A program made the translations under genes and the position numbers. A stretch of 64,000 nucleotides of DNA from Shigella phage SP18: the sequence record GQ981382; one strand, given 5' to 3'. Below are positions 37,215-45,248 of this stretch, in pieces (within the stretch, counting starts at the first letter, position 1; the number at the start of each line of letters is the position of its first letter). The notes under the pieces were generated by a model that was not told the origin of the DNA, searched no databases, and saw nothing but the letters and a program-made list of their open reading frames with translations.

Positions 37215-37290
37215 TTGGTCGAGACAGTAGGGATCGAACCTACGACCTAGGACTTAGAAGGTCCTTGCTCTTCCTTCTGAGCTATGCCTC
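37215..37290 (-). tRNA. tRNA-Arg (anticodon UCU)
   Basis: Minus-sense cloverleaf CGAGGCA...CTTCTAA...GTAGGTTCGATCCCTAC...TGTCTCGACCA; anticodon loop CU-UCU-AA. Confidence 0.8.
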
Positions 37291-37295
37291 GTAAT

Positions 37296-37369
37296 TTGCG
37301 GACACACATGGATTCGAACCATGGACCAATTGATTAACAGTCAACTGCTCTACCACTGAGCTATGCATC
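37296..37369 (-). tRNA. tRNA-Asn (anticodon GUU)
   Basis: Minus-sense GGATGCATAGCTCAGTGGTAGAGC...CTGTTAA...CATGGTTCGAATCCATG; anticodon GTT. Confidence 0.75.
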
Positions 37370-37373
37370 CAAA

Positions 37374-37448
37374 TTGGTGGCCCTTGCTGGTTTCGATCCA
37401 GCTACCTATCAGTTATGAGCTGACAGCTCTCCCATTGAGCTAAAGGGC
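37374..37448 (-). tRNA. tRNA with CAU anticodon (Met or lysidine-modified Ile)
   Basis: Minus-sense GGCCCTTTAGCTCAATGGGAGAGC...CTCATAA...GCTGGATCGAAACCAGC AAGGGCC ACCA; T-loop reads AUCGAAA. Confidence 0.75.
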
Positions 37449-37542
37449 CAATTCTATTATGAAAGGCTCTTTGAGGGAAGAACCTTTGGTAATAGAGGGT
37501 ACTTATTAATAATAACACATAACTCTTAAAGCATATTACTTG

Positions 37543-37944
37543 TTAACCTTCATCAACAATAGTATGTGTATTGGCATTGACAATCTGCCACCAGTCAAAA
37601 CGGTTGGAACCATAACAAGGCTTCTTCTCGTTTTCTTTAATGATAACGCGCAGTTCATCTTCAGTCGCAGCCTTTGCGATTAAGTCAGCATAACCGCCAC
37701 GAGGATAATAGCTATCACCCGCGAACAAAAGGAAATTTACCTTCCCAGAAGGGATATAGGCTTCCTTTGGATACTTGTTTCCTGCATGGTCTACCACTTC
37801 AATATAACGATAAGGAATATCAGTATTTTCAATCCATTGCCACGCCGCGGCAGGAGAATCAAAAGCATCTACACCTAAACGGTTATCTTCATCTTTAGAC
37901 GGGTTATTTTCATAATCCGCATATACATAATATTCAACGTTCAT
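37543..37944 (-). CDS. Hypothetical protein (133 aa)
   Basis: ORF track. Confidence 0.5.
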   Translation of the reverse strand: MNVEYYVYADYENNPSKDEDNRLGVDAFDSPAAAWQWIENTDIPYRYIEVVDHAGNKYPKEAYIPSGKVNFLLFAGDSYYPRGGYADLIAKAATEDELRVIIKENEKKPCYGSNRFDWWQIVNANTHTIVDEG

Positions 37945-38140
37945 TATTCACCTTTAGAGATTTTATCCATAACGAAAGAGATTGAACCAATTAAAAATGC
38001 AACTACTAAAGAGATTATATTCTCAGAAGTTGAAAGCATATTCAACATAAAGCCAGCAAACATGCTAAAACCAAAAAGCGGTAACAGCAACAAGGGCAGT
38101 AACATTTCTAATTAATTCGCAACGTTTCATTTTATTCTCC

Positions 38141-38187
38141 TCAGTAGTTGATGGGATAATCATACTACAGTTATCCCATCACGTACA
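38141..38187 (-). promoter_or_regulatory. Early-promoter/stem-loop cassette (PeSL-like)
   Basis: ctcctcagtagttgatgggataatcatactacagttatcccatcacgtacact; 10-bp inverted repeat. Confidence 0.45.
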
Positions 38188-38466
38188 CTAAATTTTTGTA
38201 TATTGTCCAGCTTTAACTTTTTTCAGTTCACGAGGGCTTACCGCGTAAGTGAATGGAGCATTCCAGGAAGAACTGACTTTGTAACCTTTAGTCAACATCA
38301 TTGCTGAAACTTTCTTGTTATCAGGACCGTTTTCGCCTTTAACAAGAAACAACTCAAATGCGCCACCATCAACCGGTTTGGCCTTAACCATCAGATATCC
38401 TTTCAGGTCTTCCAGCATATCCGGGTGACTAATTGATTCGTTAATAAATTCTTGATAAGTTTTCAT
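38188..38466 (-). CDS. Internal-protein-like capsid-targeted protein
   Basis: N-terminus MKTYQEFINES. Confidence 0.7.
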   Translation of the reverse strand: MKTYQEFINESISHPDMLEDLKGYLMVKAKPVDGGAFELFLVKGENGPDNKKVSAMMLTKGYKVSSSWNAPFTYAVSPRELKKVKAGQYTKI

Positions 38467-38470
38467 TAGT

Positions 38471-38520
38471 AGCTCCAGTAGTTGATGGGATAATTATACT
38501 GCAACTATCCCATCACGTAC
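38471..38520 (-). promoter_or_regulatory. Early-promoter/stem-loop cassette (PeSL-like)
   Basis: agtagttgatgggataattatactgcaactatcccatcacgtacat. Confidence 0.45.
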
Positions 38521-38529
38521 ATTACATTT

Positions 38530-38812
38530 TTACATTTTTGAACCACGAATTACACCATAAGCGGCGAAGTCGTCAGAAATATCTTTAGGAGAGTTCTTAC
38601 CAGTTTCAATGAAGGCAATGCTTGACTTCTGACTAAAAGAGGTAATTTTGTTATAGTTGGAGTCAAGGAAGGTATAACCATTTTTACGCAGCTGGTCAAA
38701 GTCTTCAGCGTCGCCTTTACCTTTGAAGTCAACCCATTTGTAGGTGTTTTTCTTCTGAAGACCCAGAGGCCAGGTAATTGTTTTCTACCAAAAATTCATG
38801 AAAAGTTTGCAT
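38530..38812 (-). pseudogene. Internal-protein-like gene interrupted by a +1 frame change at an A5 run
   Basis: N-terminal frame MQTFHEFLVENNYLASGSSEEKHLQMG stops; the adjacent frame continues ...WVDFKGKGDAEDFDQLRKNGY...IAFIETGKN... paralogous to the 26087-26350 product; removing one A restores a 93-aa ORF. Confidence 0.5.
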
Positions 38813-38820
38813 TTGAAATC

Positions 38821-39093
38821 CTATTTTAGATAAATTGCGTATTTTTTATAACCAGCCGTCTCATGACGGAGACCCTTGTCATTGGCAAAACGCTCAATGT
38901 TATTAATTTGGTTCTGGTCAAGTTCTGAAATGTCAAACGCGAAAAAGTTGCGTTTGTTACCAATTGTTATATGGTCAGTCAAGTCAATGCTATACAAGTG
39001 ATTGATATTGTCAATCATAGCTTTGACTGCTTTACTAATTTTTACTTCTTCGTTCAGTTGGGACTCGTTGAAAAATTCATTGAAAGTTTTCAT
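38821..39093 (-). CDS. Internal-protein-like capsid-targeted protein
   Basis: N-terminus MKTFNEFFNES; late-promoter motif TATAAATA 11 nt upstream. Confidence 0.65.
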   Translation of the reverse strand: MKTFNEFFNESQLNEEVKISKAVKAMIDNINHLYSIDLTDHITIGNKRNFFAFDISELDQNQINNIERFANDKGLRHETAGYKKYAIYLK

Positions 39094-39101
39094 AAGAAAC
39101 C

Positions 39102-39434
39102 TTATTTATAAAGTTTTGCCAGTTCTTTACGTCCACGAGCAGACATAATAAATTGTTCATCGCCAATTTTAAAATAAGCCATACCACCGTCAACAGCGAT
39201 ACCAATTTCTTTAGTACCTTCTTTGCCTTTCCACTTGCCACCAGATTTCAGGACAGCTTCAACTGCAGCTTTGGAATATTTGGACGTTTGAAAACGTTCA
39301 TTACCAATCTGAAAGAAAACACCATCTGCATTTTTGGTTAAACCAAATTTCAGAGAGCCTTCACTATCATCAATTGATTTGGTCTCATTGATGGCGGATT
39401 CGGCTAAAAACTCGTTGTAAGTTTTGACGCTCAT
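39102..39434 (-). CDS. Internal-protein-like capsid-targeted protein
   Basis: Start at internal Met giving MSVKTYNEFLAES. Confidence 0.6.
   Translation of the reverse strand: MSVKTYNEFLAESAINETKSIDDSEGSLKFGLTKNADGVFFQIGNERFQTSKYSKAAVEAVLKSGGKWKGKEGTKEIGIAVDGGMAYFKIGDEQFIMSARGRKELAKLYK
39103..39110 (-). promoter_or_regulatory. T4-type late promoter TATAAATA (minus sense)
   Basis: Plus-strand tatttata is TATAAATA in minus sense, upstream of ATG 39093. Confidence 0.5.
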
Positions 39435-39494
39435 TTTAACTCCGTTTGTTCGTTGGTGTAGGAACATATTACTGCACCTACACTCATTTGTACA

Positions 39495-40182
<688 letters not shown>

Positions 40183-40183
<1 letters not shown>

Positions 40184-40860
40184 TATATTACCTTATTAAT
40201 TTTATCAAAAAGTTCATCGAGTGTGCCATCGTTTTTAATAACAATGTCACTAGCTAGTGGTGGAAGTCCAGCTTCCGTAATGTGTGTATCAGTAGAATGA
40301 TTTGCTTCATCGCGTTCTACAAAGATTATTGTAGCACCCATCGCCCGAAGCGAATCAAGTTCGTTCTTTTGGCGAACATCTGGGACAACGTAATATTTAT
40401 ATCCAGAATAGAGGTTGTCAAGATAGTTGCATGCAAAAGTTTTAATCCAAAACATGCTGTCGAACTCTGTACAAACGATGTCAGTTCCAAGGGTCTGCAT
40501 GAAACGTCTAACTGTCCAGGGCTCAACATTATTTAGTGTGTGAAATTCAATAATTTTACGAACCATATCTGGATTCGGAAGGTCAAGATTGTATTGTTGT
40601 TTCAACCATTCAAGAGCATCAACCAGAAGAATATAAGCTTCGGTGTTGTTCATTATCAAGGTTTTTTCACGGTCATAACCTTGTCCATCAAAATTTTCCA
40701 GGGTCAAATTGTGTGGCAGGTCTTGACGAATCCACGCGTTATAAAGCGCTTCTTTAATCGGACCTGCAAGCTGCCACTTTGTTCCATTTTGACTAATAAC
40801 ATAATCAGCAGTCGTATCTTTACCACTGCGTTTTTTACCCACAATCGCAATTAATTTCAT
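40183..40860 (-). CDS. 1: Deoxynucleoside monophosphate kinase gp1
   Basis: 225 aa; P-loop GKKRSGKDTTADY, QLAGPIKEAL, DTHITEAGLP match recalled T4 gp1. Confidence 0.9.
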
Positions 40861-41457
40861 ACGTTTCTCATAGATGGATGCATTGACTTAGACCTGATTT
40901 CCTGTTGCATTGCTGCATTACTATCAATCTGTGGTCTACCTTCTATTATTATACCATCAATTTCTACAGCAAAAGACTTAAAGTTGAAAGTTGCTGTTGC
41001 GTTGATAGCGGGGTCAGAATCTTCTTTATATGAATACTGAATCTCTGACAGGTCGGACGGCCATGCTCCATAGTAATGGATTGACATGACAATTTTGTCC
41101 TTGTTGTTATCTAAGATATGAAGCGTAACCGCTTCAGGACGACCCTTTGGATGCCATGCTTTTGATTCGTGTGTGATGTAGTTGTTGAGCGAGAGCATCC
41201 ATTTATAGATATCAAGCCATGCTCTTAAGTCTTTGTCGCACAGAAAGTTAACAATCAACGGGTCGAATTCTATTGTACTACCAGGAAGACTGGAGCGATT
41301 TATACCTTGTGTTCCCCCAGGGACATCCGTCACAGGAATGTGAACTCCTGGAAGGGTAACGTCTTGAACGTTGAGTTTAAAGGTCTGTGTGAGGTTTGAA
41401 TCGCTTACCTCTAATATAAAGTTAGTCGTGTTAGTTTGATTATATAAACCTGACATA
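40857..41457 (-). CDS. 3: Tail completion/sheath stabiliser gp3
   Basis: Position between genes 1 and 2; start set at the MSGLYNQTNTTNF Met (track ORF has an unlikely 59-aa extension). Confidence 0.7.
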
Positions 41458-41541
41458 GTGCACCTTGTTTGCTTTAAAACAATCAGTGTTATAATGGTTC
41501 TAGACCTTTTGTCCTTACCAATAACACTGACCGATAATAGA

Positions 41542-42375
41542 TTATGAATTTCTCCAAACTTTTTGTGCAGAGAATTTTTTGCCTTTGCTGTAAAAAGCTT
41601 GCAACGGAAGCATAACAACGTTTGCCCAGTCACTGGGCTTGATTTCAGTGATAGTACCTTTTATATTGCCAGGTATATATGCTTTAATCATCTGGTCAGC
41701 CCCTTTAAATCCCTTCACCTTTGACCAATCAATTTTCAGATGAGTCTTGTTCGTAATCGTAGGAGTATTAGCATATTGCTTAAGAAGTTCCTCAAGGAAC
41801 TCTTGACGCGCCTTCGGCGGAATATAGTGCAAGTTCAAACCATACATCAAATTGTGCTTACCTAGCCCAAGATAAATGATTAACGGATATTTGTCCCAGT
41901 ACGGAAGAGTATCCTTATGCTTTGCATCATAGATATAAGCATAAATTTTACCCGGTTGAGGTTTAGCCGTTACGTGGCCACGAACTGATTTCTTAATTGT
42001 CTCAGCGAACCATCTGGCAGATTTGGTGTTGCTTGCTGCACCTTCGTTAGCAATCTTATCTCTTATGCTCTTTCTAAAGCTATTCACCATTATCAGCTGG
42101 CGTTCAGCCTTCGTAAGTTTACCAGCAGGTTTCTTTTTGAGTTTGGATACTTTATAAGCAGTCTGAATTCTCGAATTGTATCTTGACATGCTTTTGGTAA
42201 AGGTCGAATAGTTGATTCCTTTCTCTTCAGCAAACTTCTTCGAAGTCATTCCCTTTTCTTTTGCTGTATAAAATTCAACCCCTATCTCAACCCATTGTTG
42301 TTCGGATTTACTGGGTTTTGGACCTGGTTTATCTGCAGATTCATTGATAAATGTAAAAATACTCATCCTTTCCAT
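41542..42375 (-). CDS. 2: DNA end protector protein gp2
   Basis: 277-aa basic protein; synteny 4-2-3 as in T4. Confidence 0.75.
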   Translation of the reverse strand: MERMSIFTFINESADKPGPKPSKSEQQWVEIGVEFYTAKEKGMTSKKFAEEKGINYSTFTKSMSRYNSRIQTAYKVSKLKKKPAGKLTKAERQLIMVNSFRKSIRDKIANEGAASNTKSARWFAETIKKSVRGHVTAKPQPGKIYAYIYDAKHKDTLPYWDKYPLIIYLGLGKHNLMYGLNLHYIPPKARQEFLEELLKQYANTPTITNKTHLKIDWSKVKGFKGADQMIKAYIPGNIKGTITEIKPSDWANVVMLPLQAFYSKGKKFSAQKVWRNS

Positions 42376-42812
42376 CCTAATTTTTTCAGTGAGTTTTCAG
42401 TGATTATCCTGAACGTTATACCCATCTTATCCGCGGTAGCTTGTGCAGCTTTCCATTTGTCAGAGTTAACGCTCCAGGTGTACATTTCGTTAATAAATCT
42501 CTTTTTACTCGCAGTGGTATTATTGGCCGGTTTGGTTGGGGGTCTTGTTTCTTTTAATGGCTTAACTTCGAAAAAGAACTGCTGTCCTGTATCGAACTTA
42601 ACCCAGAAATCCATATAATATCTGCGCTTTTTACCTTCAGCATTGCAGAAGTATGGAATAATCACAGTCTCAGAGCCCCATTGAACAACGTTCGGATGGT
42701 TGTCGAGCCATCTCATCAACCAAGCCTCCCAGCTTGACCGGTATTGTATTTTCTTCCAGTCGCCCTTATATTTTTCTATGTTGGTGGGCTTGAATTTCCC
42801 GGAGTATGCCAT
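42363..42812 (-). CDS. 4: Head completion protein gp4
   Basis: 149 aa; synteny; late promoter and GGAGG immediately upstream. Confidence 0.8.
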   Translation of the reverse strand: MAYSGKFKPTNIEKYKGDWKKIQYRSSWEAWLMRWLDNHPNVVQWGSETVIIPYFCNAEGKKRRYYMDFWVKFDTGQQFFFEVKPLKETRPPTKPANNTTASKKRFINEMYTWSVNSDKWKAAQATADKMGITFRIITENSLKKLGWKG

Positions 42813-42840
42813 ATAGCCTCCTAATAAATATTGATATACT

Positions 42841-42848
42841 TATTTATA
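42841..42848 (-). promoter_or_regulatory. T4-type late promoter TATAAATA (minus sense) for gene 4
   Basis: Minus-sense TATAAATA-AGTATATCAATATTTATTA-GGAGG-CTAT-ATG. Confidence 0.6.
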
Positions 42849-42852
42849 AATG
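42845..42852 (+). promoter_or_regulatory. Late-promoter-like TATAAATG (plus sense) for gene 53
   Basis: tatttataaatGGAGGctttATG; 7 of 8 match to TATAAATA. Confidence 0.45.
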
Positions 42853-42860
42853 GAGGCTTT

Positions 42861-43463
42861 ATGCTTTTTTCATTTTTTAACCCTATTGATTATGATGCGA
42901 AAACAATCAGAAAAAACTCGGCATCATTGACGAAAGAAGATGTCTTAAGCATTCCAATGACTGACATCTTCAGAAACTACCGCGCTTATTTCGATAAGGT
43001 CGCTGCTAATTATACACCCAAAACCTATTACATTGCAGGAGCTCCGAGACCCGAAGAATTGGCATATCAGCTCTATGGTAACACACAACTCTATTGGGTT
43101 CTCCTGATGATTAATGACATCTATGACCCTTATTATGGTTGGCTTGGTTCTCAGGAATCATCCTATCAGGCATCTATTCAGAAATATTCGAATGTCGGTG
43201 GTAACCAGGTCCTTTATCATGTGAATGAAGATGGTGAGAAGTTCTGGAACCTTGTATCTTATCCTGATAATCCATACACCTGGTACGATAAAGGTGATAA
43301 GAACAAATTATACCCGCAGTATGAAGGTCCATTAGCTGCAGTGGATATCTATGAAGATGCTATCCGTAAAAATGAATACAAACGCGAAATAAAAATAATT
43401 GACCCGGAAGACATTGAGTCATTTATTTCCGCGCTTATCCGTGAAATGGAGAAGGCTTTATGA
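42861..43463 (+). CDS. 53: Baseplate wedge protein gp53
   Basis: MLFSFFNPIDYDAKTI...MTDIFRNYRAYF...GNTQLYWVLLMINDIYDPYYGW matches recalled T4 gp53; ATG at 42861 rather than the TTG at 42831. Confidence 0.88.
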   Translation: MLFSFFNPIDYDAKTIRKNSASLTKEDVLSIPMTDIFRNYRAYFDKVAANYTPKTYYIAGAPRPEELAYQLYGNTQLYWVLLMINDIYDPYYGWLGSQESSYQASIQKYSNVGGNQVLYHVNEDGEKFWNLVSYPDNPYTWYDKGDKNKLYPQYEGPLAAVDIYEDAIRKNEYKREIKIIDPEDIESFISALIREMEKAL

Positions 43464-45247
43464 TTAATATGTCAGATAATGTAAGTTGGTTCGTCGGGGT
43501 TGTCGAAGACCGAATGGACCCACTTCAGCAAGGTCGTGTGCGTGTTCGTGTATGGGGTATGCATCCATATGAGAAAGCACAAGGGCCTGTTAAAGGTATC
43601 AGAACCGAAGACCTTCCTTGGATGTCTGTATTGATGCCGACATCATCTGCATCAGTTTCTGGGATTCAAACTGCCATGACTGGTATGGTCCCAGGTACTC
43701 AAGTATATGGTCACTTTTTAGACAAGTGGAAGCTCAACGGTCTTGTTATTGGTACGTATGGTTCAGCCTCAAGACAAAAGGCAAATCCTAACGAAGGCTT
43801 CTCTGACCCTACAGGACAATACCCGCTTTATGTTGGTAATGATGCTGCAGCGCTTAACCGTGGCGGTGAAGTCGGTTATGATGCAACTTCGAACGTAATT
43901 CAGGATGCGAACCTTGACCTTGGTATTAACCCAGATGGTCTTGATTTGAGCCAGGTTAAGCCTGATGATAATCCTAATTTCACAATTGAAAATATGCTCC
44001 ACCGTGATGAAGGTCTTCGACTGAAGGTATATTGGGACACCGAAGGTTATCCTACTATAGGCATAGGACACTTAATTGCACCACAACCTATTAGAGATAT
44101 GAATCAGATAAACAAAATATTATCTAATCAAATAGGCCGTGAAGTTAAAGGTAACCCTGGTGCAATATCAATGGACGAGGCTTCTAAGTTATTCCAAGAA
44201 GACCTTAAAAAAGTCCAAAACGATATAGGTAGGCATAGTGTTGTGGGTCCGGTTTATAATAAAGAAAACCGTTCGAGACAAATGGCTCTTGAAAACATGG
44301 CTTTCCAAATGGGATTAGGTGGATTGGCTAAATTCCGTGGAATGCTTAGCGCAATGTTAGTAGGTGATTATAAAAAAGCATTTGAGGAAGCTCGTAATTC
44401 AGTATGGTTTAACCAAACTAAAGGACGTGCATCAAGGGTATCAATGATTATCCTTACCGGTAATATGGAATCATATGGTATTATGGCTCCTAAAGAAAGG
44501 TCATTTAAAGGGCGTTCATATAGGATGATTCAAACCTTTGCAGCCCCTGCAAATTCTGACCCAGCCGACCCATGGACTCCAGAAGATACACGGATTCTAT
44601 TTAAAGAGCCAGAATCAAGTTACAAGGGCGAATATCCTTACGTGCAGACAATGCAAACTGAAGGCGGTCATATTCAGGAATTCGATAACACCCCTGGACA
44701 AGAACGTTATCGACTGATTCACCCAACCGGTTCCTACGAGGAAGTTGCACCAGATGGTCGTAAGACTTCGAAGACAGTGGCCGATGGTTATTATATGACC
44801 CAGGGTGATTCGAGTACTTACGTTGGTGGTAATAATAAAGTCAACGTTGGCGGTGATGAAACCTATTATAATATGGCTAATGTTCGTCGTCAGACCGATG
44901 GAAACGAAAGCATTCATATTCGTGGGAATGAAACCAAAACTGTAGAAGGTAATGGAACTTTGCTTGTTAAAGGAAATGTTAAAATAGTTATTATGGGTAC
45001 TGCTGATATAACTGTTGAACAAGAAGCATATATTACGGTTGAAAAAGATACAACAGTTAATGTCAACCAGAATGCAGATATAAGTGTTAAACAAAAGGCC
45101 ACAATCAATGCTCAAAATATGGATGTAAATGTCGAACAAGATTTAAATTTTGCAGCGACGAACATTAATTTAAACGCATCAAATACTGTGCATATGGATG
45201 GTGGTTCATTAGCTAAAGTATCTGGTGGCAACGTACAGGTCGGTTAA
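43460..45247 (+). CDS. 5: Baseplate hub subunit and tail lysozyme gp5
   Basis: 595 aa; N-terminal VGVVEDRMDPLQQGRVRVRVWGMHPYEKAQGP, lysozyme domain DEGLRLKVYWDTEGYPTIGIGHLI, C-terminal repetitive beta-helix region. Confidence 0.93.
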   Translation: MINMSDNVSWFVGVVEDRMDPLQQGRVRVRVWGMHPYEKAQGPVKGIRTEDLPWMSVLMPTSSASVSGIQTAMTGMVPGTQVYGHFLDKWKLNGLVIGTYGSASRQKANPNEGFSDPTGQYPLYVGNDAAALNRGGEVGYDATSNVIQDANLDLGINPDGLDLSQVKPDDNPNFTIENMLHRDEGLRLKVYWDTEGYPTIGIGHLIAPQPIRDMNQINKILSNQIGREVKGNPGAISMDEASKLFQEDLKKVQNDIGRHSVVGPVYNKENRSRQMALENMAFQMGLGGLAKFRGMLSAMLVGDYKKAFEEARNSVWFNQTKGRASRVSMIILTGNMESYGIMAPKERSFKGRSYRMIQTFAAPANSDPADPWTPEDTRILFKEPESSYKGEYPYVQTMQTEGGHIQEFDNTPGQERYRLIHPTGSYEEVAPDGRKTSKTVADGYYMTQGDSSTYVGGNNKVNVGGDETYYNMANVRRQTDGNESIHIRGNETKTVEGNGTLLVKGNVKIVIMGTADITVEQEAYITVEKDTTVNVNQNADISVKQKATINAQNMDVNVEQDLNFAATNINLNASNTVHMDGGSLAKVSGGNVQVG

Positions 45248-45248
45248 T

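Noticed and set aside
37950-38135. Very short hydrophobic ORFs (about 20-39 aa) between 37944 and the promoter cassette at 38141
   Set aside because: Too short and ambiguous to call without conservation or expression data.
40857-41633. Full 258-aa track ORF for gene 3
   Set aside because: Its first 59 codons overlap the gene 2 coding region and lack similarity to gp3; the internal Met at 41457 is the more plausible start.
42831-42860. TTG-initiated 10-codon extension of gene 53
   Set aside because: T4 gp53 begins MLFTFF; the ATG at 42861 matches it and follows GGAGG. The extension overlaps the late promoter.
44615-45139. 174-aa minus-strand ORF inside gene 5
   Set aside because: Antisense to the repetitive beta-helix coding region of gp5; a repeat-driven open frame, not a gene.
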